Shown here piece after piece: positions 9,942-16,728 of a DNA stretch of 28,137 nt. The DNA lies in contig JAVKJW010000028.1 of assembly GCA_031458695.1 (NCBI GenBank), forward strand, positions 1 to 28,137, read 5' to 3'. Origin of the DNA: Candidatus Thermofontivivens primus (GTDB taxonomy: Bacteria; Sysuimicrobiota; Sysuimicrobiia; Sysuimicrobiales; Thermofontiviventaceae). The notes under the pieces were generated by a model. The model saw nothing but the letters and a program-made list of their open reading frames with translations. It did no database searches and had not been told where the DNA came from. The number at the start of each line of letters is the position of its first letter. The first letter of the stretch is position 1. Made by a program: the position numbers and the translations under genes.

Positions 9942-10211
9942 ATGAAGGTGATCCTGCACAACCCCAGGAGGGAAGTAGAGATCCAAGGTAGGCGCCGCGT
10001 GGAGGAGTTGCTGCGCGAGCTGGGGTTGAATCCCGAGGCGTTTCTGGTGATCCGAGGCGATGGCCTCCTGACCAGGGATATGGAGATTGGCGAGGAGGAC
10101 GTCGTGGAGGTCCGGCCTGTCGTCTCCGGCGGTGCAGGGGTTCATGGCGTTCAGGCCTATCGAATGCGGTGGAGCGTAAGAGGCGTGGGCCATGCGCTGC
10201 GTCAAATGTAG
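9942..10211 (+). CDS. ttuB: Ubiquitin-like sulfur carrier TtuB (MoaD/ThiS family) with a 25-aa extension after the GG motif
   Basis: GGAGGAGG RBS, ATG 9942. MKVILHNPRREVEIQGRRRVEELLRELGLNPE...VEVRPVVSGG closely resembles Thermus TtuB. Directly upstream of, and overlapping, ttuA. Confidence 0.85.
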   Translation: MKVILHNPRREVEIQGRRRVEELLRELGLNPEAFLVIRGDGLLTRDMEIGEEDVVEVRPVVSGGAGVHGVQAYRMRWSVRGVGHALRQM

Positions 10212-11160
10212 GGAGCCTGCCGTCCTCGAGATCCGGCGACACAACGCCGCGTTCTGCGCACCGCACTTCCTGGACTTCTTCACTTCCCAGGTGGAAAGAG
10301 CGATCCAGGAGATGCGGATGTTCGACAAAACAGACCGGATCCTGGTGGCTGTCTCCGGTGGGAAGGACAGCCTTTCGCTTTGGGACGTTCTCCTCCGGCT
10401 GGGCTACCAGGCGAGCGGGCTGTACATCCATCTGGGCATCGGCGAGTACTCAGAGCGCTCTAAGGAGAAAGTCCTCCTCTTCGCCAGGAAGCACGAGGCC
10501 GACCTCCTCATCGTAGACCTCCCTGCGGAGTACGGGATGAACGTGGAGGAGATGGCCAAGCGATCTCACCGCGTCCCGTGCTCCGCGTGTGGGTTGAGCA
10601 AGCGCTATCTCTTCAACAAAGTTGCCCTTGACCATGGGTTTGATGTGGTGGCAACGGCACACAACCTCGATGACGAGGCGGCCGTTCTGCTCGGGAACCT
10701 GATCCACTGGCAGGTCGAGTTCCTCGCGCGGCAGTCTCCCGTCCTGGAGTCCACCCATCCCAAGCTCGTGAAGAAGGTAAAGCCCCTCTATCGCCTCTCC
10801 GAGCGGGAGACGGCGGCATATGCTGTCCTGCGAGGGATCGACTACATCGTTGAAGAGTGCCCCAATAGCGTAGGCGCTCGTTCCCTGCTCTACAAAGAGG
10901 CCCTGAACTTCCTCGAGGCCAAGGCCCCAGGGACGAAGCAAAGCCTCTACTGGGGATTCCTGGAACAACGCAAGGTCATAGCTGGGTCCATTCTCTCGCC
11001 TGCCGGAGATGGGAACAAGGCTTCGCTTCGCGAGTGCATCCACTGTGGCCAACCTACCACTGCCGAGATCTGTGCCTTCTGCCGAATGACGGAGAAGGCC
11101 ATGGAGAAGATGCGAACGATCCGCGTGGGACCGGCCAAGCTTGGTTCTCGGCAGGAATGA
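10192..11160 (+). CDS. ttuA: tRNA 5-methyl-2-thiouridine(54) sulfurtransferase TtuA
   Basis: N-terminal CxxC..CxxH zinc finger, SGGKDS PP-loop, PCSACGLSKRY and EECP Fe-S ligands, HNLDDEA, C-terminal CxxC..CxxC. Paired with ttuB. Confidence 0.92.
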   Translation: MRCVKCREPAVLEIRRHNAAFCAPHFLDFFTSQVERAIQEMRMFDKTDRILVAVSGGKDSLSLWDVLLRLGYQASGLYIHLGIGEYSERSKEKVLLFARKHEADLLIVDLPAEYGMNVEEMAKRSHRVPCSACGLSKRYLFNKVALDHGFDVVATAHNLDDEAAVLLGNLIHWQVEFLARQSPVLESTHPKLVKKVKPLYRLSERETAAYAVLRGIDYIVEECPNSVGARSLLYKEALNFLEAKAPGTKQSLYWGFLEQRKVIAGSILSPAGDGNKASLRECIHCGQPTTAEICAFCRMTEKAMEKMRTIRVGPAKLGSRQE

Positions 11161-11263
11161 AGCCATTCGCTGCAGGGGCTCCTGGTGCCATTCTTTCCCT
11201 CCCCCTTTGCTGGGCGAGGTGTGTCCTGCGTGTGTGAAGGTCTTGGTGAGGTGGCTGTTAAGG

Positions 11264-12073
11264 GTGCGACGGGGGCCTTTTCAAGAAGGGGAGCCGGTGG
11301 TCCTGTTTGACCGGCGTCTCCGAAGGTACATGATCTTCCTCCGCCGGGGAGGGGTGACTGACCTCCGCGGGGGAAAGCTTCTCCACGACGCGATCATCGG
11401 ACGCGAGGAGGGCGAGGTCCTCTCCTCCACTTTGGGTGAGCGGTTCCTTGCCTTTCGGCCTACCCTCTCCGAGTACGTCCTGGAGATGCCCCGTGGTGCT
11501 CAGGTGATCTACCCCAAGGACCTTGGGATGATCCTCCTATGGGCCGACATTTTCCCCGGAGCTGTCGTCGTGGAGGCGGGGACTGGTTCCGGAGCTTTAA
11601 CCATGGCACTGGTTCGTGCCGTTGGCCCCTCGGGGAAGGTCATCTCCTATGAGATCCGGGAGGACTTCGCCAGGCGGGCACAGCGCAACATCGAGGCCTT
11701 CCTGGGTCCTACGGAGAACCTAGAGCTCAGGCGCGCGGACATCTATGAAGGAATCCCCGAGAGCGGGGTGGACCGTATCCTCCTGGACCTGCCTGAACCC
11801 TGGCACGTCGTCCCTCACGCCGCAAAGAGCCTGCGGCCTGGAGGGATCTTTCTCTCCTACCTCCCTACCATCGTGCAAGTGCAGCAGCTTGTGGAAACGC
11901 TCCACGGAAGCGGGGCCTTCGCCCTTATCGAGACCATCGAGGCCCTTGTGCGGCCGTGGAGCGTGAGCGGGAGGAGCGTGCGGCCAGAACACCGCATGGT
12001 CGCCCATACGGGGTTCATCACCACCGCCCGCAAGCTTTGCAGTGAGCGTTCAGTGATCGGGTATCAGCCTTAA
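11264..12073 (+). CDS. trmI: tRNA (adenine(58)-N1)-methyltransferase TrmI
   Basis: RPTLSEYVLEMPRGAQVIYPKD, VVEAGTGSGALT, SYEIREDF, LDLPEPW, RPEHRMVAHTGF. GTG 11264 after GAGGTGG is the likely start (start uncertain). Confidence 0.93.
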   Translation: MRRGPFQEGEPVVLFDRRLRRYMIFLRRGGVTDLRGGKLLHDAIIGREEGEVLSSTLGERFLAFRPTLSEYVLEMPRGAQVIYPKDLGMILLWADIFPGAVVVEAGTGSGALTMALVRAVGPSGKVISYEIREDFARRAQRNIEAFLGPTENLELRRADIYEGIPESGVDRILLDLPEPWHVVPHAAKSLRPGGIFLSYLPTIVQVQQLVETLHGSGAFALIETIEALVRPWSVSGRSVRPEHRMVAHTGFITTARKLCSERSVIGYQP

Positions 12074-12119
12074 GCAAAAGCAAGAAGACAGGAAAATAGC
12101 AGCTGAACGCCCCTTGATC

Positions 12120-12902
12120 TCACCGACCCTTGAACTGCGGCTCGCGCTTCTCGAGAAAGGCTGAGATTCCCTCCTTGCGGTCTTCTGTGGCAAAGCAGAC
12201 GGCGAAGCTCTCGACTTCAGCAACGGCTGCTGTGCGAAGATCGGTATCGAGTCCTGTGTTAATGGAGAGCTTGGCCATCTGGACAGCTACTGGCGCTTTC
12301 TTGGCAATGGTCCTGGCCATGTTCTTGGCTACCTGAAGCAGTTGGTCTGCGGGCACCACAATGTTGACGAGGCCGATCTCCTTGGCCGTGGCGGCATCCA
12401 CGGGCTCTCCGGTGAAGATCATCTGCTTGGCCCATCCCTTCCCGACGTGCCAGGGGAGGCGCATCGTCCCTCCCCACCCGGGATGGATTCCCAGGTTCAC
12501 CTCGGGTTGGCCGAAGCGGGCAGTTTCACTGGCAATGATGAAGTCACAGGCTAATGCCAACTCGCATCCCCCTCCGAAGGCAATGCCGTTAACCGCGGCG
12601 ATGACGGGGGTGCGGAAGCGTTCCAACCGGTCTGCGACACGGTGTCCCAACATTCCCGTCTCCATCGCCTCAAGAGGCGTCTTGTCTTTCATCTCCTTGA
12701 TGTCCGCCCCTGCACTGAAGGCGCGATCCCCTGCACCAGTCAGGATGACGCACCGGATGGAAGGGTCCCGATCGAGGGTGTCGAGGGCATCGAGGAGCTC
12801 GTGGAGCATAGTTACGTTGATTGCGTTGAGGACCTGAGGGCGGTGAAGGGTGATCGTGGCCACCCCTTCTTCGACCTCTACTATGATGGTCTCGTACGGC
12901 AT
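12120..12902 (-). CDS. crt: Enoyl-CoA hydratase (crotonase)
   Basis: AFSAGADI, AFGGGCELALACD, FGQPEVNLGIHPGWGG with both catalytic Glu present. C-terminal AFLEKREPQFKG. Confidence 0.92.
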   Translation of the reverse strand: MPYETIIVEVEEGVATITLHRPQVLNAINVTMLHELLDALDTLDRDPSIRCVILTGAGDRAFSAGADIKEMKDKTPLEAMETGMLGHRVADRLERFRTPVIAAVNGIAFGGGCELALACDFIIASETARFGQPEVNLGIHPGWGGTMRLPWHVGKGWAKQMIFTGEPVDAATAKEIGLVNIVVPADQLLQVAKNMARTIAKKAPVAVQMAKLSINTGLDTDLRTAAVAEVESFAVCFATEDRKEGISAFLEKREPQFKGR

Positions 12903-12918
12903 TCTCCCTCACCTCCTT

Positions 12919-12948
12919 TGGTTATCGCTCGACTGGTTATCGCTCGAC
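12919..12948. repeat. Perfect 15-bp tandem duplication (TGGTTATCGCTCGAC x2) covering the thiolase stop codon
   Basis: 12919-12933 is identical to 12934-12948. On the minus strand it reads GTCGAGCGATAACCA twice, just before the crt RBS AAGGAGG. Confidence 0.9.
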
Positions 12949-14112
12949 GGCCATTGCAAGGGCTTCTCCGCCGGCAAGGCAGATTGCCGCCACCCCACGC
13001 TTCGCCTTGTGCTCCTCCATAGCGTAAAGAAGCGTGGTGAGGATCCTAGCCCCGCTTGCCCCGATGGGGTGTCCCAGGGCCACCGCACCCCCATGGACGT
13101 TGACCCTTTCATAGTTCAAACCAAGCTCCCTGCACACGCCGATGATCACCGCGGCGAAGGCTTCGTTGATCTCAAAGAGGTCCACATCCTCCATCCTCCA
13201 CCGGATCTTCCGAAGGAGGTTCTGGATGGCGTAGGCGGGGGCGATGGTGAACCACTCCGGGGCGAGGGCAGCGCCAGCATACCCGACGATGCGGGCAAGG
13301 GGGGTGCGCTCCAAGCGCTTGGCAAAATCGGCACTTGCCACAACGAGGGCGCTTGCCCCGTCGCTGATGCTTGAAGCATTGGCAGCGGTCACCGTCCCCC
13401 CTTCCTCAAATGCCGGGGGGAGGGTGGAGATCTTCGCAAAGTCCACACGCCGAGGTTCCTCGTCCTCCCTTACGTGGATGGGCTCACCCTTCCTTTGGGG
13501 AACCTCCACAGGGACGATCTCCTTCTGGAACAGGCCTTTGTCCATGGCGTGGAGGGCACGGGAATAGCTGAGCTTGGCATACTCGTCCTGCTCCTCCCGG
13601 GAGATCCGGTATTCCCGGGCGAGGATCTCCGCGCAGTTTCCCATATGGATTTGCTTATAGGCATCCACGAGGCCATCCCTGAGCATTGTGTCCACAAGTT
13701 TCCCGTCCCCAAGGCGGTATCCTGTGCGCGCCCCTTCGAGGAGGTAAGGGGCCGCGCTCATGTTCTCCATCCCCCCTGCGACGATCACCTCGGCGTCCCC
13801 AAGGGCAATGGCCTGGGTGGCGAGGATCACCGCCTGGAGGCCTGAGCCACACATTTTGTTCACAGTCAAGGCACCGACCTTCTCCGGAAGGCCAGCGTAC
13901 AGTGCTGCCTGTCTGGCCGGCGCCTGTCCCAGGCCAGCGCTCAGGACGTTCCCCATGATCACCCCATCCACCTGATCGCCCTCGATGTGGGCGCGCCGGA
14001 GGGCCTCCCCAATGACGATGCTTCCGAGGCGCGGAGCTGGGATCGTGCTCAAGCCTCCCAGAAACCTGCCAATGGGCGTACGGACTGCTTCCAGGATAAC
14101 GACTTCCCGCAT
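12937..14112 (-). CDS. Canonical acetyl-CoA C-acetyltransferase (thiolase)
   Basis: RTPIG, NKMCGSG (nucleophilic Cys), EINEAFA, GHPIGASG, C-terminal ICLAGG. ATG 14112 lies 6 nt after GGGAGGG. Confidence 0.95.
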   Translation of the reverse strand: MREVVILEAVRTPIGRFLGGLSTIPAPRLGSIVIGEALRRAHIEGDQVDGVIMGNVLSAGLGQAPARQAALYAGLPEKVGALTVNKMCGSGLQAVILATQAIALGDAEVIVAGGMENMSAAPYLLEGARTGYRLGDGKLVDTMLRDGLVDAYKQIHMGNCAEILAREYRISREEQDEYAKLSYSRALHAMDKGLFQKEIVPVEVPQRKGEPIHVREDEEPRRVDFAKISTLPPAFEEGGTVTAANASSISDGASALVVASADFAKRLERTPLARIVGYAGAALAPEWFTIAPAYAIQNLLRKIRWRMEDVDLFEINEAFAAVIIGVCRELGLNYERVNVHGGAVALGHPIGASGARILTTLLYAMEEHKAKRGVAAICLAGGEALAMAVER

Positions 14113-14282
14113 AGGCATCCCTCCCATTAGCTCTTGGATGCGAAACTATGGAATACCTGCCAACTCAGGATACCGAAGTTCCTTCCGCAAATCGCTGGAG
14201 CCGGTTCACGGGAGGTCGAGGTACGCTAGCGCAGGATCCGGCACAAGAGCCGTGGTAGATCTTCTTAAGGGGACCTGGAGCG

Positions 14283-15338
14283 TTGGAGGCAAGGCCTCTC
14301 TCTGGTATCAAAATCAGGATCCGCGGGATCTACGCCACTGCGCTCACCCACCTCCTCCAAGATTTGGGCGGGATCATTGTGGACCCTTCCCCCGCTCTGC
14401 AGGCCCTCGGTTTCCTCCCGGGAGAGGGGCCAGAGGATGTGACGATCCACGACCGTCTGGGAAAGGATGGGATCCGGATCTCCGGAACACCGCGGGAGGT
14501 CGATGCCGTGGTGAATACCCTCCGGGCCGTCCTACCCTATACGCTATTCCGGGAGCTCCACCCTGGCCTTTCCCTTGAGGAACTTCGGGGGAAGACATTT
14601 TCTCTTGAAGAGTTCCGCCGCATTGGGCGGGACCTTTCCAGGAAGGTAGAGATCATCTTCCCCGCTCCCGCACAGGAGGCCCTGGATCGCATCCGGGCAG
14701 AGGTCCGCCCCACGATCCCTGGTCATCACCACTTCAAGTGCATCCATGCGCAAGAGGTGGATTCCCTGGAGACAAGCGGAGACGCCCTCTCTGAGAAATC
14801 CTCGCGTCTTTGGGAGGAACTTGTCTACCGCCACTACGAGAAGGGGAAGTTCCTGTTTGTAGAGCATGTAAAACCTGAAGGACGGGTCTACAAGTACCGC
14901 GGGACGCTTGCCCGCATCCGTCCAGGAGAAGTAGTTCTGGAGAGGACCTTCCAGCCGGGGGGCCACTACGATGCCCTCAATGTGCCAAAGGAGGCAGGGG
15001 ACTGGGGAACGGTGGAGTTTCGTCAGGGCTCTTGGCATGCTACCTTCTCCTACTACGCTGCGGATGGCTCCCTGAAGGGGAGGATCTTCAATATTCACAC
15101 CCCGCCGCAGTTCTTCCCAGACCTGATCCGCTACTACGATCTTGAGGTAGATGTGGTGGTCTGGCCCGATGGGAGGGTTGCCGTGGTGGACCAAGAGCAG
15201 CTGGAGGAGCATTGCCGGAGGGGCATCGTGACGGAGGCCATGCGGGAGCGAGCCCTGGAAGAAGTACAGGTTCTCCTTTCTCGGTTGAGTGCGACAGAGG
15301 GGAATGCACACTTTAGGGAGAAGAGTCCGCGATGGTGA
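14283..15338 (+). CDS. FAU-1-like RNA-binding protein / probable ribonuclease with C-terminal DUF402 domain
   Basis: N-terminal IRIRGIYATALT, central PTIPGHHHFK and C-terminal NIHTP..IRYYDLEVDVVVWPDG match motifs recalled for archaeal FAU-1 (AubA). TTG start uncertain. Confidence 0.75.
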   Translation: MEARPLSGIKIRIRGIYATALTHLLQDLGGIIVDPSPALQALGFLPGEGPEDVTIHDRLGKDGIRISGTPREVDAVVNTLRAVLPYTLFRELHPGLSLEELRGKTFSLEEFRRIGRDLSRKVEIIFPAPAQEALDRIRAEVRPTIPGHHHFKCIHAQEVDSLETSGDALSEKSSRLWEELVYRHYEKGKFLFVEHVKPEGRVYKYRGTLARIRPGEVVLERTFQPGGHYDALNVPKEAGDWGTVEFRQGSWHATFSYYAADGSLKGRIFNIHTPPQFFPDLIRYYDLEVDVVVWPDGRVAVVDQEQLEEHCRRGIVTEAMRERALEEVQVLLSRLSATEGNAHFREKSPRW

Positions 15339-15360
15339 AACACGGGAGAAGTCCGCTGGG

Positions 15361-16317
15361 ATGAGGATAACGGTCTTTCACGCGCAAGGCGCACAGGAAG
15401 CGCAGCCCGCCCATTTGAACACTCTCCTGGCTTCTTCTTTAGGGACCATCTGGGTGGACATAACCGGTCCCTCAGAGGAAGAGGTCCGCATCTTGGAGGA
15501 GGTCTTTCATGTTCATCCGCTGGCCATCGAGGATACGCGGAATCAACGGCAGCGCCCGAAAGTTGAGGAGTATCCTGATCATCTCTTCCTTATTCTCAGC
15601 CCGATTGGGGAGGAGCAGGATGGCCTGGTTTTCCGGCAGCTTGATGTCTTTGTAGGACGGAACTTCATCGTGACGGTTCACCCAGCGAGGGAGGAGGTGA
15701 TCGAGGAGGTCTGGAATCGGATCGCGCACAGTACAGCTCCCTCTGTCTCCGCAGGCTATCTCGCGTACCTGCTCCTCGATGTAACTGTGGACGGCTACTT
15801 CCCGATTCTGGATCGGATCGAGGAGGAGATTGAGGAGCTGGAGGATGTTGTCCTCACCAGGCCCAGCGGGGAATCTTTGAGCAGGCTCTTTCGCCTGAAA
15901 CGGATGCTGTTGGAAGTCCGGAGGGTCGTTGCCCCCCAGCGGGATATGTTCAATATTCTGACGAGGAGGGATCTCCCGTTCTTGAACCATGATTCCCTCC
16001 AGTTTTACCTCCGGGACATCTATGATCACTTGCTGCGGATCATGGACATGCTCGACACGTTCAGGGATATTGTCACGAGCGCTGTAGAGTTGTATATGTC
16101 AGCTGTCTCCAACCGGCTGAACCAAGTTGTCAACCGGCTGACGGTTTTGACCGTGATCATCGGTGCACTCGCGGTGATCACCGGATTCTATGGAATGAAC
16201 TTCGAGCGGACGTGGCCGCCATTTGGGGCATCCTGGGGCGTGTTGTTTGCCCTTGGTTCCATGGGAATTGTGACGGCGATCCTCCTCGTGGTGTTCCGTT
16301 GTCTTGGTTGGTATTGA
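15361..16317 (+). CDS. corA: CorA-family Mg2+/Co2+ transporter
   Basis: WVDI, HPLAIED, QRPKVEEY, YLRDIYDHL, two C-terminal TM helices with YGMNF signature. The loop is ERTWPPF instead of the usual MPEL. Confidence 0.92.
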   Translation: MRITVFHAQGAQEAQPAHLNTLLASSLGTIWVDITGPSEEEVRILEEVFHVHPLAIEDTRNQRQRPKVEEYPDHLFLILSPIGEEQDGLVFRQLDVFVGRNFIVTVHPAREEVIEEVWNRIAHSTAPSVSAGYLAYLLLDVTVDGYFPILDRIEEEIEELEDVVLTRPSGESLSRLFRLKRMLLEVRRVVAPQRDMFNILTRRDLPFLNHDSLQFYLRDIYDHLLRIMDMLDTFRDIVTSAVELYMSAVSNRLNQVVNRLTVLTVIIGALAVITGFYGMNFERTWPPFGASWGVLFALGSMGIVTAILLVVFRCLGWY

Positions 16318-16346
16318 TGTGGGAGGGGAGTCGCGTTCGCATCCAC

Positions 16347-16376
16347 TTGACACGGGCGCGCGTTTGTCGGTAGGAT
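16347..16376 (+). promoter_or_regulatory. Sigma70-type promoter for the 57-aa ORF
   Basis: TTGACA (16347-16352), 18 bp spacer, TAGGAT (16371-16376). Confidence 0.65.
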
Positions 16377-16389
16377 GATCCCGGCAACC

Positions 16390-16466
16390 CGGTCCGCATG
16401 GTTCACCAGGAAAGGCACCGTTGTCACGAGGACTGTGCAGACCGTGGGGACTGTGCTGACCGTGGA
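16390..16466. repeat. 9-bp tandem repeat array GACYGTGNN x4 with an inverted arm (5'-UTR hairpin)
   Basis: gactgtgca-gaccgtggg-gactgtgct-gaccgtgga (16431-16466). 16390-16403 can pair with 16431-16444 (G:U pairs, one mismatch). Confidence 0.7.
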
Positions 16467-16489
16467 AACTCCCCTGGGAGGTGAAAGCC

Positions 16490-16663
16490 ATGGTCACGCA
16501 AGTGCGCGTGCGCTCTGCTGCATCCATCACCCGCCAGGAGGTCCGGCGGATCCTCACCCAACTGGAGTCCCTCTCGAAGTATCCATCTACCGAGGATGTG
16601 GTCAAGCACCTCAAGGAGCTTGTCCGTGTCCTTGACAGGTTCCTGGGAGAGTTAGAAGGGTGA
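16490..16663 (+). CDS. Small hypothetical helical protein (57 aa)
   Basis: GGAGGTG RBS, ATG 16490, upstream promoter. MVTQVRVRSAASITRQEVRRILTQLESLSKYPSTEDVVKHLKELVRVLDRFLGELEG, with two amphipathic helices. Confidence 0.65.
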   Translation: MVTQVRVRSAASITRQEVRRILTQLESLSKYPSTEDVVKHLKELVRVLDRFLGELEG

Positions 16664-16674
16664 TGTGGTTTATC

Positions 16675-16726
16675 CGGTCTTTCCAGTTTGTCCTGTGCAG
16701 ACTGTGAAGACCGTGGAGACTAAGTA
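16675..16726. terminator. Hairpin built from the same 9-bp repeat, between the convergent small ORF and cbaA (possible bidirectional terminator or REP-like element)
   Basis: cggtctttccagtttg (16675-16690) pairs with cagactgtgaagaccg (16698-16713). Repeat units tcctgtgca-gactgtgaa-gaccgtgga-gactaagta. No clear U-tract. Confidence 0.45.
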
Positions 16727-16728
16727 GG

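Noticed and set aside
12039..12110. Weak heptamer periodicity and GCGTTCAG/CTGAACGC inverted repeat at the trmI-crt convergence
   Set aside because: Too degenerate, and the loop too long, to call a terminator or repeat element with confidence.
16431..16726. Repeat arrays as a mini-CRISPR or IS ends
   Set aside because: The units are 9 bp and contiguous without spacers, and there is no cas or transposase gene.
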